Assembly (NCBI GenBank): GCA_024699495.1
Contig: JAILPK010000036.1
Span: 36,566-100,565 of the forward strand
Direction of reading: 5' to 3'
DNA length: 64,000 nt
From: Bacteroidaceae bacterium
Lineage (GTDB): Bacteria > Bacteroidota > Bacteroidia > Bacteroidales > Bacteroidaceae
The position numbers and the translations under genes were made by a program. The notes under the pieces are model-generated. The model ran no database searches and was not told the origin of the DNA. It saw only the letters and a program-made list of their open reading frames with translations. Below, piece after piece: positions 22,340 to 30,247 of the stretch; within the stretch, counting starts at the first letter, position 1, and every line of letters begins with the position of its first letter.

Positions 22340-22553
22340 GTGGAAGGCTGAACAGGCTATAGACTACTGTATGAGGCTACGTGATGATTTTCAACGTCTC
22401 AAATAATAATGATTTGGAACATTTGGAACTTATAGCGACCATGAATAACTTTACTATTCAACTCACTTCGCCTGGCAACTTGACAAGTTGGCAAGTAGAT
22501 TAGTTTATATTGAGGCTTATTCGGGTTATGATAAACTAAATTACACCTCAAAA

Positions 22554-22636
22554 TACATCGAGGTGTATTTACAAATACATCAAGGTGTATTTGCATTTAC
22601 ATCGAGGTGTATTTGCATTTACATCGAGGTGTATTT
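22554..22636. repeat. Four direct repeats of TACATCRAGGTGTATTT at an exact 22-bp period
   Basis: Copies lie at 22554, 22576, 22598 and 22620. Each contains the inverted repeat TACA-N6-TGTA (AATACA..TGTATT in copies 1-2). Confidence 0.9.
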
Positions 22637-22671
22637 GATTGTATGACAAAGTGGGCAATTTTATGGTTTAA

Positions 22672-22728
22672 GGTGAAAGAAATTTTAGGTCGGGGTAAAA
22701 GAAATTTTAGGTCGGGGTGAAAGAAAAA
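22672..22728. repeat. About 2.6 copies of the 22-bp repeat GGTRAAAGAAATTTTAGGTCGG
   Basis: Read directly: copies at 22672 and 22694, partial copy at 22716. Confidence 0.85.
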
Positions 22729-22858
22729 CGGCATCAGTTTCTCAAACGGACAATCCGCTTATAGCTCGAGTAGGAAGGCTTCCAAATATGATATTAAGAA
22801 CATTAAGAACAGACACACCCCCACTATCACGGGAGAAAGAGGGGGTGGTTACGAGACT

Positions 22859-22887
22859 AAAAAAAGGCTGTGTGCACAGCCTTTTTT
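22859..22887 (-). terminator. Bidirectional terminator hairpin downstream of ilvC
   Basis: A7-GGCTGT-GTGC-ACAGCC-T6, 23 nt after the ilvC stop. Confidence 0.7.
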
Positions 22888-22909
22888 ATTATCAGAGAAG
22901 TTTAATACC

Positions 22910-23953
22910 TTAGTTGTTCTCGGGGCGGAGTTTGCGGACAACGGCAGCGGTGCGCCACATCTCACTCTCGCGGAGAGCTTTGAGTTCCTGCTCCAGGCCT
23001 TCGCGGTAGCCGGGTTTGGAATTGCTGTCGATGCTGATTTGCGCTTCCTGACCGCTCTTGACGCTGGAATAGAGACGCTCCACAACCGGTTTGATAGCAT
23101 CGTGGAAGGGGCCCATCCAGTCCAGAGCGCCGCGCTGGGCAGTGGTAGAGCAGTTGGCATACATCCAATCCATTCCCTTCTGTGCGAAGAGAGGCATGAG
23201 GCTCTGTGTCAGTTCCTCGACAGTCTCGTTGAAAGCCTCGGAAGGGGTGTGTCCATTCTCACGCAGCACCTCATACTGAGCCAGCAGGAGTCCCTGGATA
23301 GCGCCCATCAGAGAGCCGCGTTCGCCGGTGAGGTCCGAAGTAGCTTCACGCTGGAATGTGGTTTCAAAGAGATAACCCGAACCAATTCCGATACCGAAGG
23401 CAAGCACTTTTTCGAGAGCTTTGCCGCTTGCATCCTGGTAAATGGCGTAGCTGGAATTCAGTCCGCGTCCCTCGAGGAACATGGTGCGGAGGCTTGTGCC
23501 GCTACCTTTCGGAGCAACCATAATAACATCGATATAAGCAGGGGGGATAACTCCGGTGCGGTCGTTCCAGGTGATTGCAAATCCATGAGAGAAATAGAGA
23601 GTTTTGCCAGCTGTGAGATGGGGCTTGATGGTAGGCCACAGCTGCATCTGTGCGGCATCAGAGAGCAGCAGGCAGACGATTGTACCTCGCTCGGCAGCCT
23701 CCTCAAGGGAGAAGAGAGTCTTGCCAGGCACCCATCCGTCGGCTACAGCCTTGTCGTAGGTCTTGCCCTCGCGCTGTCCGACGATTACGTTAAAGCCGTT
23801 GTCGCGCAGGTTGCAAGCCTGTCCAGGTCCCTGAACGCCATAACCGAGCACGGCGATGGTCTCGTTTTTAAGCACTTCGCGTGCTTTCTCCAATGGGAAT
23901 TCTTCGCGGGTCATAACTTCTTCAATAACTCCGCCGAAATTCATTTTTGCCAT
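22910..23953 (-). CDS. ilvC: Ketol-acid reductoisomerase
   Basis: IAVLGYGVQGPGQACNLRDNGFNVIVGQREG and the rest of the protein are class I KARI-like. Confidence 0.95.
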   Translation of the reverse strand: MAKMNFGGVIEEVMTREEFPLEKAREVLKNETIAVLGYGVQGPGQACNLRDNGFNVIVGQREGKTYDKAVADGWVPGKTLFSLEEAAERGTIVCLLLSDAAQMQLWPTIKPHLTAGKTLYFSHGFAITWNDRTGVIPPAYIDVIMVAPKGSGTSLRTMFLEGRGLNSSYAIYQDASGKALEKVLAFGIGIGSGYLFETTFQREATSDLTGERGSLMGAIQGLLLAQYEVLRENGHTPSEAFNETVEELTQSLMPLFAQKGMDWMYANCSTTAQRGALDWMGPFHDAIKPVVERLYSSVKSGQEAQISIDSNSKPGYREGLEQELKALRESEMWRTAAVVRKLRPENN

Positions 23954-24095
23954 ATTCGTATAAAAATAAATGTGTTATGTTGCTTGTTTGCAGGTCTTTT
24001 CGCATTACGAATCCCAATGCCATAGCTGTTCATAGTGTGCTGGTCGCATCCTACGTTTAGGGCGTGTCAGGCCGGCGGGAATCGCATTGCGGGCG

Positions 24096-24103
24096 CAAAG
24101 ATA
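24096..24103 (-). promoter_or_regulatory. -7 promoter box (TATCTTTG on the - strand) for ilvC
   Basis: TAnnTTTG match 143 nt upstream of the ilvC ATG, which implies a long leader. Confidence 0.45.
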
Positions 24104-24272
24104 GTCATTATGTCGCAAAAAACGGCAATCGGGCTATATTTTTTTCATTCCAGATGACGTTTTATTGATATATAGTTACGCGGAGAGCGCGTTTCGATCC
24201 ACGAAGGTCACATCAGGCCAGTTCTTTCAGCATTAGTCAGCCTATGTGAAAAGGCTGGAGCCGGGAGAAGAT

Positions 24273-25004
24273 TCAGAAAGTCCATTTCATAGCTAATGTC
24301 GGAATCACATAGAAGCGGTCGTTGCGCCCGTCGGCATCCCAAACCAGGTTTTTGGTTATCTCCACCTCGGTTCCGACGCTCCAACGGGCATTGTCGTTGA
24401 TGCGTGGCAGATGCCATAAATTCAGCCACAGCTGCGGCTCGCTGCTGAGGACCCAATTACCTTTCACCCCACGATCATACCACAGATCGCAATAGCCGGA
24501 AAAGGTGAGAAGCCCTTTAGCAAAGTGAAGGCCCCACACCTCGGTCAGCTGAACGCTGTGGGGAGTTCCACCGTGGTTGTTCTTATGAGCGAGGTATTTG
24601 TACATCAGCTGCACGGAGAATGTGCGGGTGAAAGAGGCATTATGCCAGTTCCATGCGACACCGGCCAGATAGGCGTTGTCAAAACTGCCCGACATGCCGT
24701 TAAGCCCGCCGTTGAGTTCTACATGAGCAGCAAAGGGGGCATCCCAGAATTTCAGTTCACGGCTGATTTCTCCATAGGCGCTACGCACCACATCCCCGCC
24801 GAAGTCTGCATCTACAAAGAAATAAGTGCTGCCCCAGCGGTCTGGCGTGAAGTTTTCCACAGTTGCAGTGAATCTTGGTCGCGAGGCAAGCTTGCTGCCA
24901 TAGAAGTCGTGTCCGAAATCATAGTGAATCTGCACGTTAAGCTGTGGGAAAGCAGCGACAGCGAAGGCTGCAGCAGAGAGAAAGACAATAAGTTTTTTTA
25001 TCAT
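24273..25004 (-). CDS. Small outer-membrane beta-barrel protein (DUF5020/Tsx-like)
   Basis: Signal peptide MIKKLIVFLSAAAFAVAAFPQ, alternating aromatic beta-strand pattern, terminal KWTF. The family name is recalled from memory and was not searched. Confidence 0.55.
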   Translation of the reverse strand: MIKKLIVFLSAAAFAVAAFPQLNVQIHYDFGHDFYGSKLASRPRFTATVENFTPDRWGSTYFFVDADFGGDVVRSAYGEISRELKFWDAPFAAHVELNGGLNGMSGSFDNAYLAGVAWNWHNASFTRTFSVQLMYKYLAHKNNHGGTPHSVQLTEVWGLHFAKGLLTFSGYCDLWYDRGVKGNWVLSSEPQLWLNLWHLPRINDNARWSVGTEVEITKNLVWDADGRNDRFYVIPTLAMKWTF

Positions 25005-25036
25005 AATTGTTCTTCGTCTTTTTAAAGATTGCGGTG

Positions 25037-25044
25037 CAAAGGTA
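25037..25044 (-). promoter_or_regulatory. -7 promoter box (TACCTTTG on the - strand)
   Basis: TAnnTTTG match 33 nt upstream of the ATG at 25004. Confidence 0.45.
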
Positions 25045-25116
25045 AATGATAAATCTCTTTGTTTAGCACGATTTATGATTTTTTTGTTTTTTTGTTTGTC
25101 TATTCAGATTCATTTT

Positions 25117-25124
25117 GTACCTTT
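25117..25124 (+). promoter_or_regulatory. -7 promoter box (TACCTTTG) driving the riboswitch-btuB transcript
   Basis: TAnnTTTG match immediately upstream of the riboswitch. Confidence 0.5.
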
Positions 25125-25125
25125 G

Positions 25126-25330
25126 CGCCGGATTTGGTAATGGAATCTGCTGTTCTCCGGACGAAAGGCCGGGAAAACAGCGTTTTTCATGCAAGGGAAT
25201 TGGGTGCAAAGCCCAAGCTGTTCCTGCAGCTGTAAGCCATTTGTTGGAACCAACAAACGAAGTCACTGCTGACGATAAGGCGGGAAGACGTTGGTTCATA
25301 TGGCAAGCCAGAAGACCTGCCGGTCCCGAA
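25126..25330 (+). promoter_or_regulatory. Cobalamin (AdoCbl) riboswitch
   Basis: The core AAGGGAAUUGGGUGCAAAGCCCAAGCUGUUCCUGCAGCUGUAAGCC and the B12 box AGCCAGAAGACCUGCC (25305-25320) match the RF00174 consensus elements. It sits 50 nt upstream of a TonB receptor. The boundaries are approximate. Confidence 0.8.
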
Positions 25331-25379
25331 GAAACAAAAGATAGAGCCTGCTCTCAGGATTTGGAGCTCAGAGGCAATT

Positions 25380-27611
25380 ATGACCCTACATCGCACCCTA
25401 CATGCCGCAGCCGCGACAGCTATCGGTATTCTGTCACCGCTGTTGTTGCCAGTCAGCGCATCTGCGCTTGCCGGCGAGATGCCGTATGCTGACGGGATGC
25501 CCAACGACACGTTGCGCGAGGTGGTCGTCACTGCCACAGGCACGCAGCATCTGCTGCGCGACGTTCCCGTTCAGACTGAAGTGATTACGCGCAGCCAGCT
25601 TGAGGCCTTCGGCGGCCGCTCCATTGAGGACATCCTGAGCGGTCTGACATCCTCCTTCGCCTTCAGCCAGGGAGATATGGGCAGCCAGATGCAGCTGGGA
25701 GGTCTGGGCAACTCATACATATTAATATTAATTGACGGCAAACGCATCCATGGCGATGTCGGAGGCGAAAACGACCTCGGAGTCATCGACCCTCACAATA
25801 TCGAGCGCATAGAAATAGTCAAGGGAGCCCAGAGCGCCCTCTACGGTTCGGACGCGATGGCCGGGGTGATAAATATCATCACGAAGAAACGCACCGACAA
25901 AGGCTTTTTCGCCGAGAACACCACGAGATACGGGATGCACAACGACCTGCGCCAGCATAACAGTGTGATCCTCTCTTCCGGCAAGTTCGCCTCACAGACC
26001 AATTTCCAGATGCAGCGCAGCGACGGATGGCAGAACACATCCGAGGAATTTGCCGAAGGGATGGTGCTTACCGACAGCAAGAAGAAGACGTCGAACGCCT
26101 TCCGCAACTGGCAGATAGCTGAGCGCCTCACATACAAGCCGTCGGGCCGCACTGAATTATACGCCGAAGGCTCTTACTATAAGAAAAACATCTGCAGACC
26201 GCGCAACGGCACCCATCCCAGCTGTGACGTTTATACATATGACTTGCGCTATAATAACGCCTCGGCGTCAGCAGGCGCCAAGATATATCTGGCCGACGAG
26301 TCTGCCGGGACGCAACGCAGCTATATCTCGCTCGACGCAGACTGGGACAAACACGCCTACTACTACGACTACACAGCGGGCACCTACGAGAGCATACTGC
26401 TGAAAGGCGAGGAGTTCGGGCAACTGGACGGAGAGTGGTATCCTGTGCTCATGAAACCGGGACAAAGCCGTCTGCAGAGCGATCAGCAGCGGGTTATGAC
26501 ACAGCTGAAAGGCATTTTCTACTTGCCTGCACAGAACACGCTGAATGCGGGCGCCGAATACCGCTACGACTATCTCAGGGCCCCCGAGAGGACGGAGAAC
26601 GGCAGCGCAGACGACTGGACCGCGGCTGTGTATATCCAAGACGAGTTTGACCGATTGGAATGGCTGAATCTGACCGCCGGGCTACGGCTGGTGGAGAACG
26701 TTAACTTCGGTGTGCGGCTCACGCCGAAAGCCAGCGCCATGTTCTCCGCGGGCGATTTCCGTTTCCGTTTGGGATGGAGCCAGGGTTTCAAGACTCCCAC
26801 CGTCAAGGAACTTCACTACAGATACCTCCACGTGATGGGCAGCACCAGCTTCTTCAATATAGGCAATACCAGCCTGAACCCGCAGACCAGTAATTATTAC
26901 TCGGCAAACATAGAATATCGCGGACGCCGCTTCACAGCCTCAGTCACAGGCTATCTGAACAAACTCGACAACATGATTGCGCTGGTCAACGTGCCCGTGG
27001 GCGAGATTCCGGCGGGAATCACATCAGCCTACCTCGGCGACGGCAGCGGAGCAGTGCAAGCACGGATGTATAAAAACATGGACGACGCCAGAACATGCGG
27101 TCTTGATGTGACTCTCTCATACAAGGTGACAAAAGAGCTTACACTAAGTTCGGCATATAGCTACCTGGATACAGAAGCCAACCTCTATGACGTGTCCAAA
27201 GACAAGATGACAGCCGTAACCATCGACGGGACGGCGCATCACAAATGGAGCGCCTCAGCGACCTACAACCATTCGTTCGGCAAGTTGTACAAGCTGGGGG
27301 TTGGGCTCTCTACCAGAGGCTCAAGTACGCGCTACTATCAGAATAACGGCAACGGCAAACCCTTCCAGATATGGCGGATAAATACCACTCACAACTTCGG
27401 GCGGGCGGGAAAGCCGCTGGCCTACAGGCTGGAGGTGGGCGTGGACAACATCTTCAACTATGTTGACCGCACTATGCACCCTTACCATCTCGGGACCAAC
27501 ACGTCCGGGACAACGGTGCACGGCACCTTCAGCATTACATTCAACTACGGAAAGAGATTACAAAAACATAAAACCTCAACTAAAGTAAAAACAAATTATG
27601 AAGAATCTTAA
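25380..27611 (+). CDS. btuB: TonB-dependent receptor, BtuB-like (riboswitch-controlled)
   Basis: Signal peptide, plug domain (VVVTATGT..VPVQTEVITRSQLE, ILIDGKRI, ALYGSDAMAGVINIITKK) and a beta-barrel ending in an aromatic residue. Confidence 0.85.
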   Translation: MTLHRTLHAAAATAIGILSPLLLPVSASALAGEMPYADGMPNDTLREVVVTATGTQHLLRDVPVQTEVITRSQLEAFGGRSIEDILSGLTSSFAFSQGDMGSQMQLGGLGNSYILILIDGKRIHGDVGGENDLGVIDPHNIERIEIVKGAQSALYGSDAMAGVINIITKKRTDKGFFAENTTRYGMHNDLRQHNSVILSSGKFASQTNFQMQRSDGWQNTSEEFAEGMVLTDSKKKTSNAFRNWQIAERLTYKPSGRTELYAEGSYYKKNICRPRNGTHPSCDVYTYDLRYNNASASAGAKIYLADESAGTQRSYISLDADWDKHAYYYDYTAGTYESILLKGEEFGQLDGEWYPVLMKPGQSRLQSDQQRVMTQLKGIFYLPAQNTLNAGAEYRYDYLRAPERTENGSADDWTAAVYIQDEFDRLEWLNLTAGLRLVENVNFGVRLTPKASAMFSAGDFRFRLGWSQGFKTPTVKELHYRYLHVMGSTSFFNIGNTSLNPQTSNYYSANIEYRGRRFTASVTGYLNKLDNMIALVNVPVGEIPAGITSAYLGDGSGAVQARMYKNMDDARTCGLDVTLSYKVTKELTLSSAYSYLDTEANLYDVSKDKMTAVTIDGTAHHKWSASATYNHSFGKLYKLGVGLSTRGSSTRYYQNNGNGKPFQIWRINTTHNFGRAGKPLAYRLEVGVDNIFNYVDRTMHPYHLGTNTSGTTVHGTFSITFNYGKRLQKHKTSTKVKTNYEES

Positions 27612-28728
27612 AACAATTCTCAAAGCTGCCTTTGCTCTATGCATCGCAGCCCCCCTGTTCTCTTCATGTGGAAACGATGAAGACACCATCACCTATCAGA
27701 ACATTACGTCGGAATACACCATCAACGATGAAATGGTTGCTAACCAGAAAAAAGCCTCAAAGAAGGATGTGGCCGTCCTGCTGGTAGCTTTCGGCTCCAC
27801 CTGGAACAATGCCTTCAACGCCTTCGATGCCACCAAAGCCGCTTACGAGGCTGCCTTCCCTGAAGCAGACGTGTATTTCAGCTTCAGCAGCGATATCTGC
27901 ATCAATCGTGCCAGCGCAGGTGAGAACACCGACGACGAGGGCAATATCGTGAAACGCGACTATTACGAGCCACGCTATCTTCTGCATGCCATCGGAGCTG
28001 CCAAATACAGCAAGATTTACGTGCAGTCGCTGCAGGTAATTCCCGGCGAGGAGTTTTCCGCCGTGGTCGCATCAGTGAAGAAATTCATGAACAACGGTTA
28101 TGTAACCAGCGCACATCTCGATGACCAATATCTGGCAGAACTCTCCGAGAACAAAGCCATTTACCTCGGCCTGCCTCTGCTGAATGACCCGAACACTGAC
28201 GTGCCCGCAGTGGCAAACCAGCTGGATACCCTCTATTCCACCGAGGCAAGTCAGGGCGTTGTGGCATTCATGGGTCACGGCAACCCCGACACCTATGACA
28301 CCTTCAAGGCTAATGTGCGCTACCAGCAGCTCGAAAGCGCTCTTCAGGCCATCAATCCCAACTACTATGTGGGAACAGTTGACATGGAGAACAACTTCAA
28401 GGAGGACGTGCTCTCACGTATGCAGTCAAACGGCTACACCAGCGGCAAGATCTATCTCCACGCCCTGATGTCCATCGCCGGTGACCACGCACACAACGAT
28501 ATGGCCGGCGCCGGTGAAGACTACTGGGACGCTTCCGACGAGGAGAGCGGCGACAACAGCTGGTATGAGTACTTCAACCACAAGCAGTATGAGGCTGTAG
28601 TTCCCACAAGCAACAACCATCCTCTGGGTCTGCTGGAGTTGGAAGGCATCCGCAATATCTGGATTAGCCACACCCGCAATGCCGAACCACTGGAGGACGC
28701 TTACCACAGTATGTATCCAGAAGAATAA
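27598..28728 (+). CDS. Exported CbiK-fold (sirohydrochlorin cobaltochelatase-like) lipoprotein
   Basis: The lipobox LFSSCGNDEDT is followed by CbiK-like motifs VAVLLVAFGST, VAFMGHGNP and LMSIAGDHAHNDMAG. It overlaps the btuB stop by 14 nt. Confidence 0.75.
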   Translation: MKNLKTILKAAFALCIAAPLFSSCGNDEDTITYQNITSEYTINDEMVANQKKASKKDVAVLLVAFGSTWNNAFNAFDATKAAYEAAFPEADVYFSFSSDICINRASAGENTDDEGNIVKRDYYEPRYLLHAIGAAKYSKIYVQSLQVIPGEEFSAVVASVKKFMNNGYVTSAHLDDQYLAELSENKAIYLGLPLLNDPNTDVPAVANQLDTLYSTEASQGVVAFMGHGNPDTYDTFKANVRYQQLESALQAINPNYYVGTVDMENNFKEDVLSRMQSNGYTSGKIYLHALMSIAGDHAHNDMAGAGEDYWDASDEESGDNSWYEYFNHKQYEAVVPTSNNHPLGLLELEGIRNIWISHTRNAEPLEDAYHSMYPEE

Positions 28729-28920
28729 AAAAGTCTCCGTGAGGAGGCTGTTTCTGCCTTTTTAAATAATAATAATGAATGGTGATAGGACCGTCGGCGG
28801 GATACCTGCCGGCGAGTCCTATTTAGGCGTTAAATAAGATATTGTTTCATAGTCTTAAAAACACTTCCTGAAAACTCCGGCCATGTGCATTAGCGATGGT
28901 CCGGAGAGGACAATCGAGAA

Positions 28921-30063
28921 ATGAGAAACAAGAGTTTTGCCATAGTCTGCGCGCTGATACTTACGGCATGCGGCAATTCTGCCAGACAGCAGCGCCCAAG
29001 CGCTGACGAGCTCTATCAGCACTCCGATTCTGCACTGGCCTCAGCACAGGGTTACTCTGACACGATAGAGATACATTACGCCCAAGGGCTCGCCGTGAGC
29101 TATGAGGCCGACGGAATTCATGTGGTCATTAGCAATCCAGACCCGAATGCCAGAAATGGCAGAGCAGACACATTAGTAATAAACAGACCAGCCCAGCGAT
29201 TTATCTGCACCACGGCTCTCCAATTGGGCAACTTCGAGATTCTTGGACTCGAAGACCGCATCGTAGGAATGAACTCTGTGCGTCATCTTTTCTCAGCGCA
29301 GATGCAGAATCAGATAGAGAGCGGGAAGACACGGCAGATAGGTCGCGAAGGCGTGTTCGACGTGGAAACTATTCTCTCGCTCCAACCCGACTATATCTTC
29401 GTAAGCGCCTCGAAATACGGCGGGTTCGACGTGCTGCGCGACTGCGGGATTCCACTCATTCCACACCATGGGTACAAAGAGACAGACCCGCTCGGGCAGG
29501 CCGAATGGATAAAACTGATTGGACTGCTCACAGGCGAACCGCGACGTGCCAACGCCATATTCTCAGACATAGAACAGAAATATCTGACTCTGCGCGACGA
29601 GGTAGCCGGGGCCTGCGCTAAAGAAGACGGCACTAAGCCGACAGTTGCATCCGGAAGACAGTTGCGCGACGGATGGTATATAGTTGGAGGACGCAGCTAT
29701 ATGGCCCGTCTGTTCAGCGACGCCGGAGCGAGATACGTAATGGCAGACAACCAGGATTCCGGCGGAAAGACAATAAACTTCGAGAGTGCATACGCCCTAA
29801 GTCAGGGCGCGGACTTCTGGCAGACCGACGGCTCCTATGCGGGCGACTTCACGATGGAAACACTCGCCGCGGAGAATGAATGTTACACCACAATGAACGC
29901 CTACCGCAACAAAAGAGTAATCTTCTGCAATCTCAGACAGACACCCTACCGCGAACTGGCCGGTGTGCAGCCCCATATTCTGCTGGCCGACTTCGTCAAA
30001 GCCTTCCACCCAGAACTGCTCCCCAACTATCAGCCAAGATATTACAAGCTGCTGACCCACTAA
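28921..30063 (+). CDS. btuF: ABC-transporter periplasmic substrate-binding lipoprotein (BtuF/FecB-like)
   Basis: The lipobox ILTACGN and cluster A/class III SBP-like sequence fit this call. It is encoded alongside a FecCD permease and an ATPase in the same locus. Confidence 0.7.
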   Translation: MRNKSFAIVCALILTACGNSARQQRPSADELYQHSDSALASAQGYSDTIEIHYAQGLAVSYEADGIHVVISNPDPNARNGRADTLVINRPAQRFICTTALQLGNFEILGLEDRIVGMNSVRHLFSAQMQNQIESGKTRQIGREGVFDVETILSLQPDYIFVSASKYGGFDVLRDCGIPLIPHHGYKETDPLGQAEWIKLIGLLTGEPRRANAIFSDIEQKYLTLRDEVAGACAKEDGTKPTVASGRQLRDGWYIVGGRSYMARLFSDAGARYVMADNQDSGGKTINFESAYALSQGADFWQTDGSYAGDFTMETLAAENECYTTMNAYRNKRVIFCNLRQTPYRELAGVQPHILLADFVKAFHPELLPNYQPRYYKLLTH

Positions 30064-30247
30064 ATAGAAGAACTCAAGCCCAGTCCCCTCTCACGTGAGA
30101 GAAGAGCGACTGACAGATTACAAGAGCGGCGTTTACTTTTGGGCTGTTCTGAAATCCAGTAGTTCGAGAAGATGCAATCAGGCCCGGAGCGGGTTAAACC
30201 ATCTATCAGGCTACCAGTCAAAAGAATCATCACAAACTAAACAAGAA

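Noticed and set aside
22384-22503. 39-codon ORF (MIFNVSNNNDLEHLELIATMNNFTIQLTSPGNLTSWQVD) and the 65-aa - strand ORF at 22399-22596 in the aqpZ-ilvC gap
   Set aside because: Neither has a promoter box, recognisable domain or signal sequence. Both overlap repeats or palindromes, so there is insufficient evidence to call a gene.
22554-22728. Possible CRISPR array or replication origin iterons
   Set aside because: There are no spacers or cas genes. There are no dnaA/rep genes, DnaA boxes or AT-rich unwinding element that I could recognise nearby. It is kept only as an unexplained phased repeat.
30064-30247. A second cobalamin riboswitch upstream of pduO, and another upstream of cobU (49417-49600, - strand)
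   Set aside because: Neither region contains the GGGAA...GGUG..AA..CC core, CUGUAA or a B12 box (GCCAGRAGACCUGCC-like). I saw only an H-type palindrome at 30088-30101 and a CCCCCTC/GAGGGGG hairpin at about 49441-49487.
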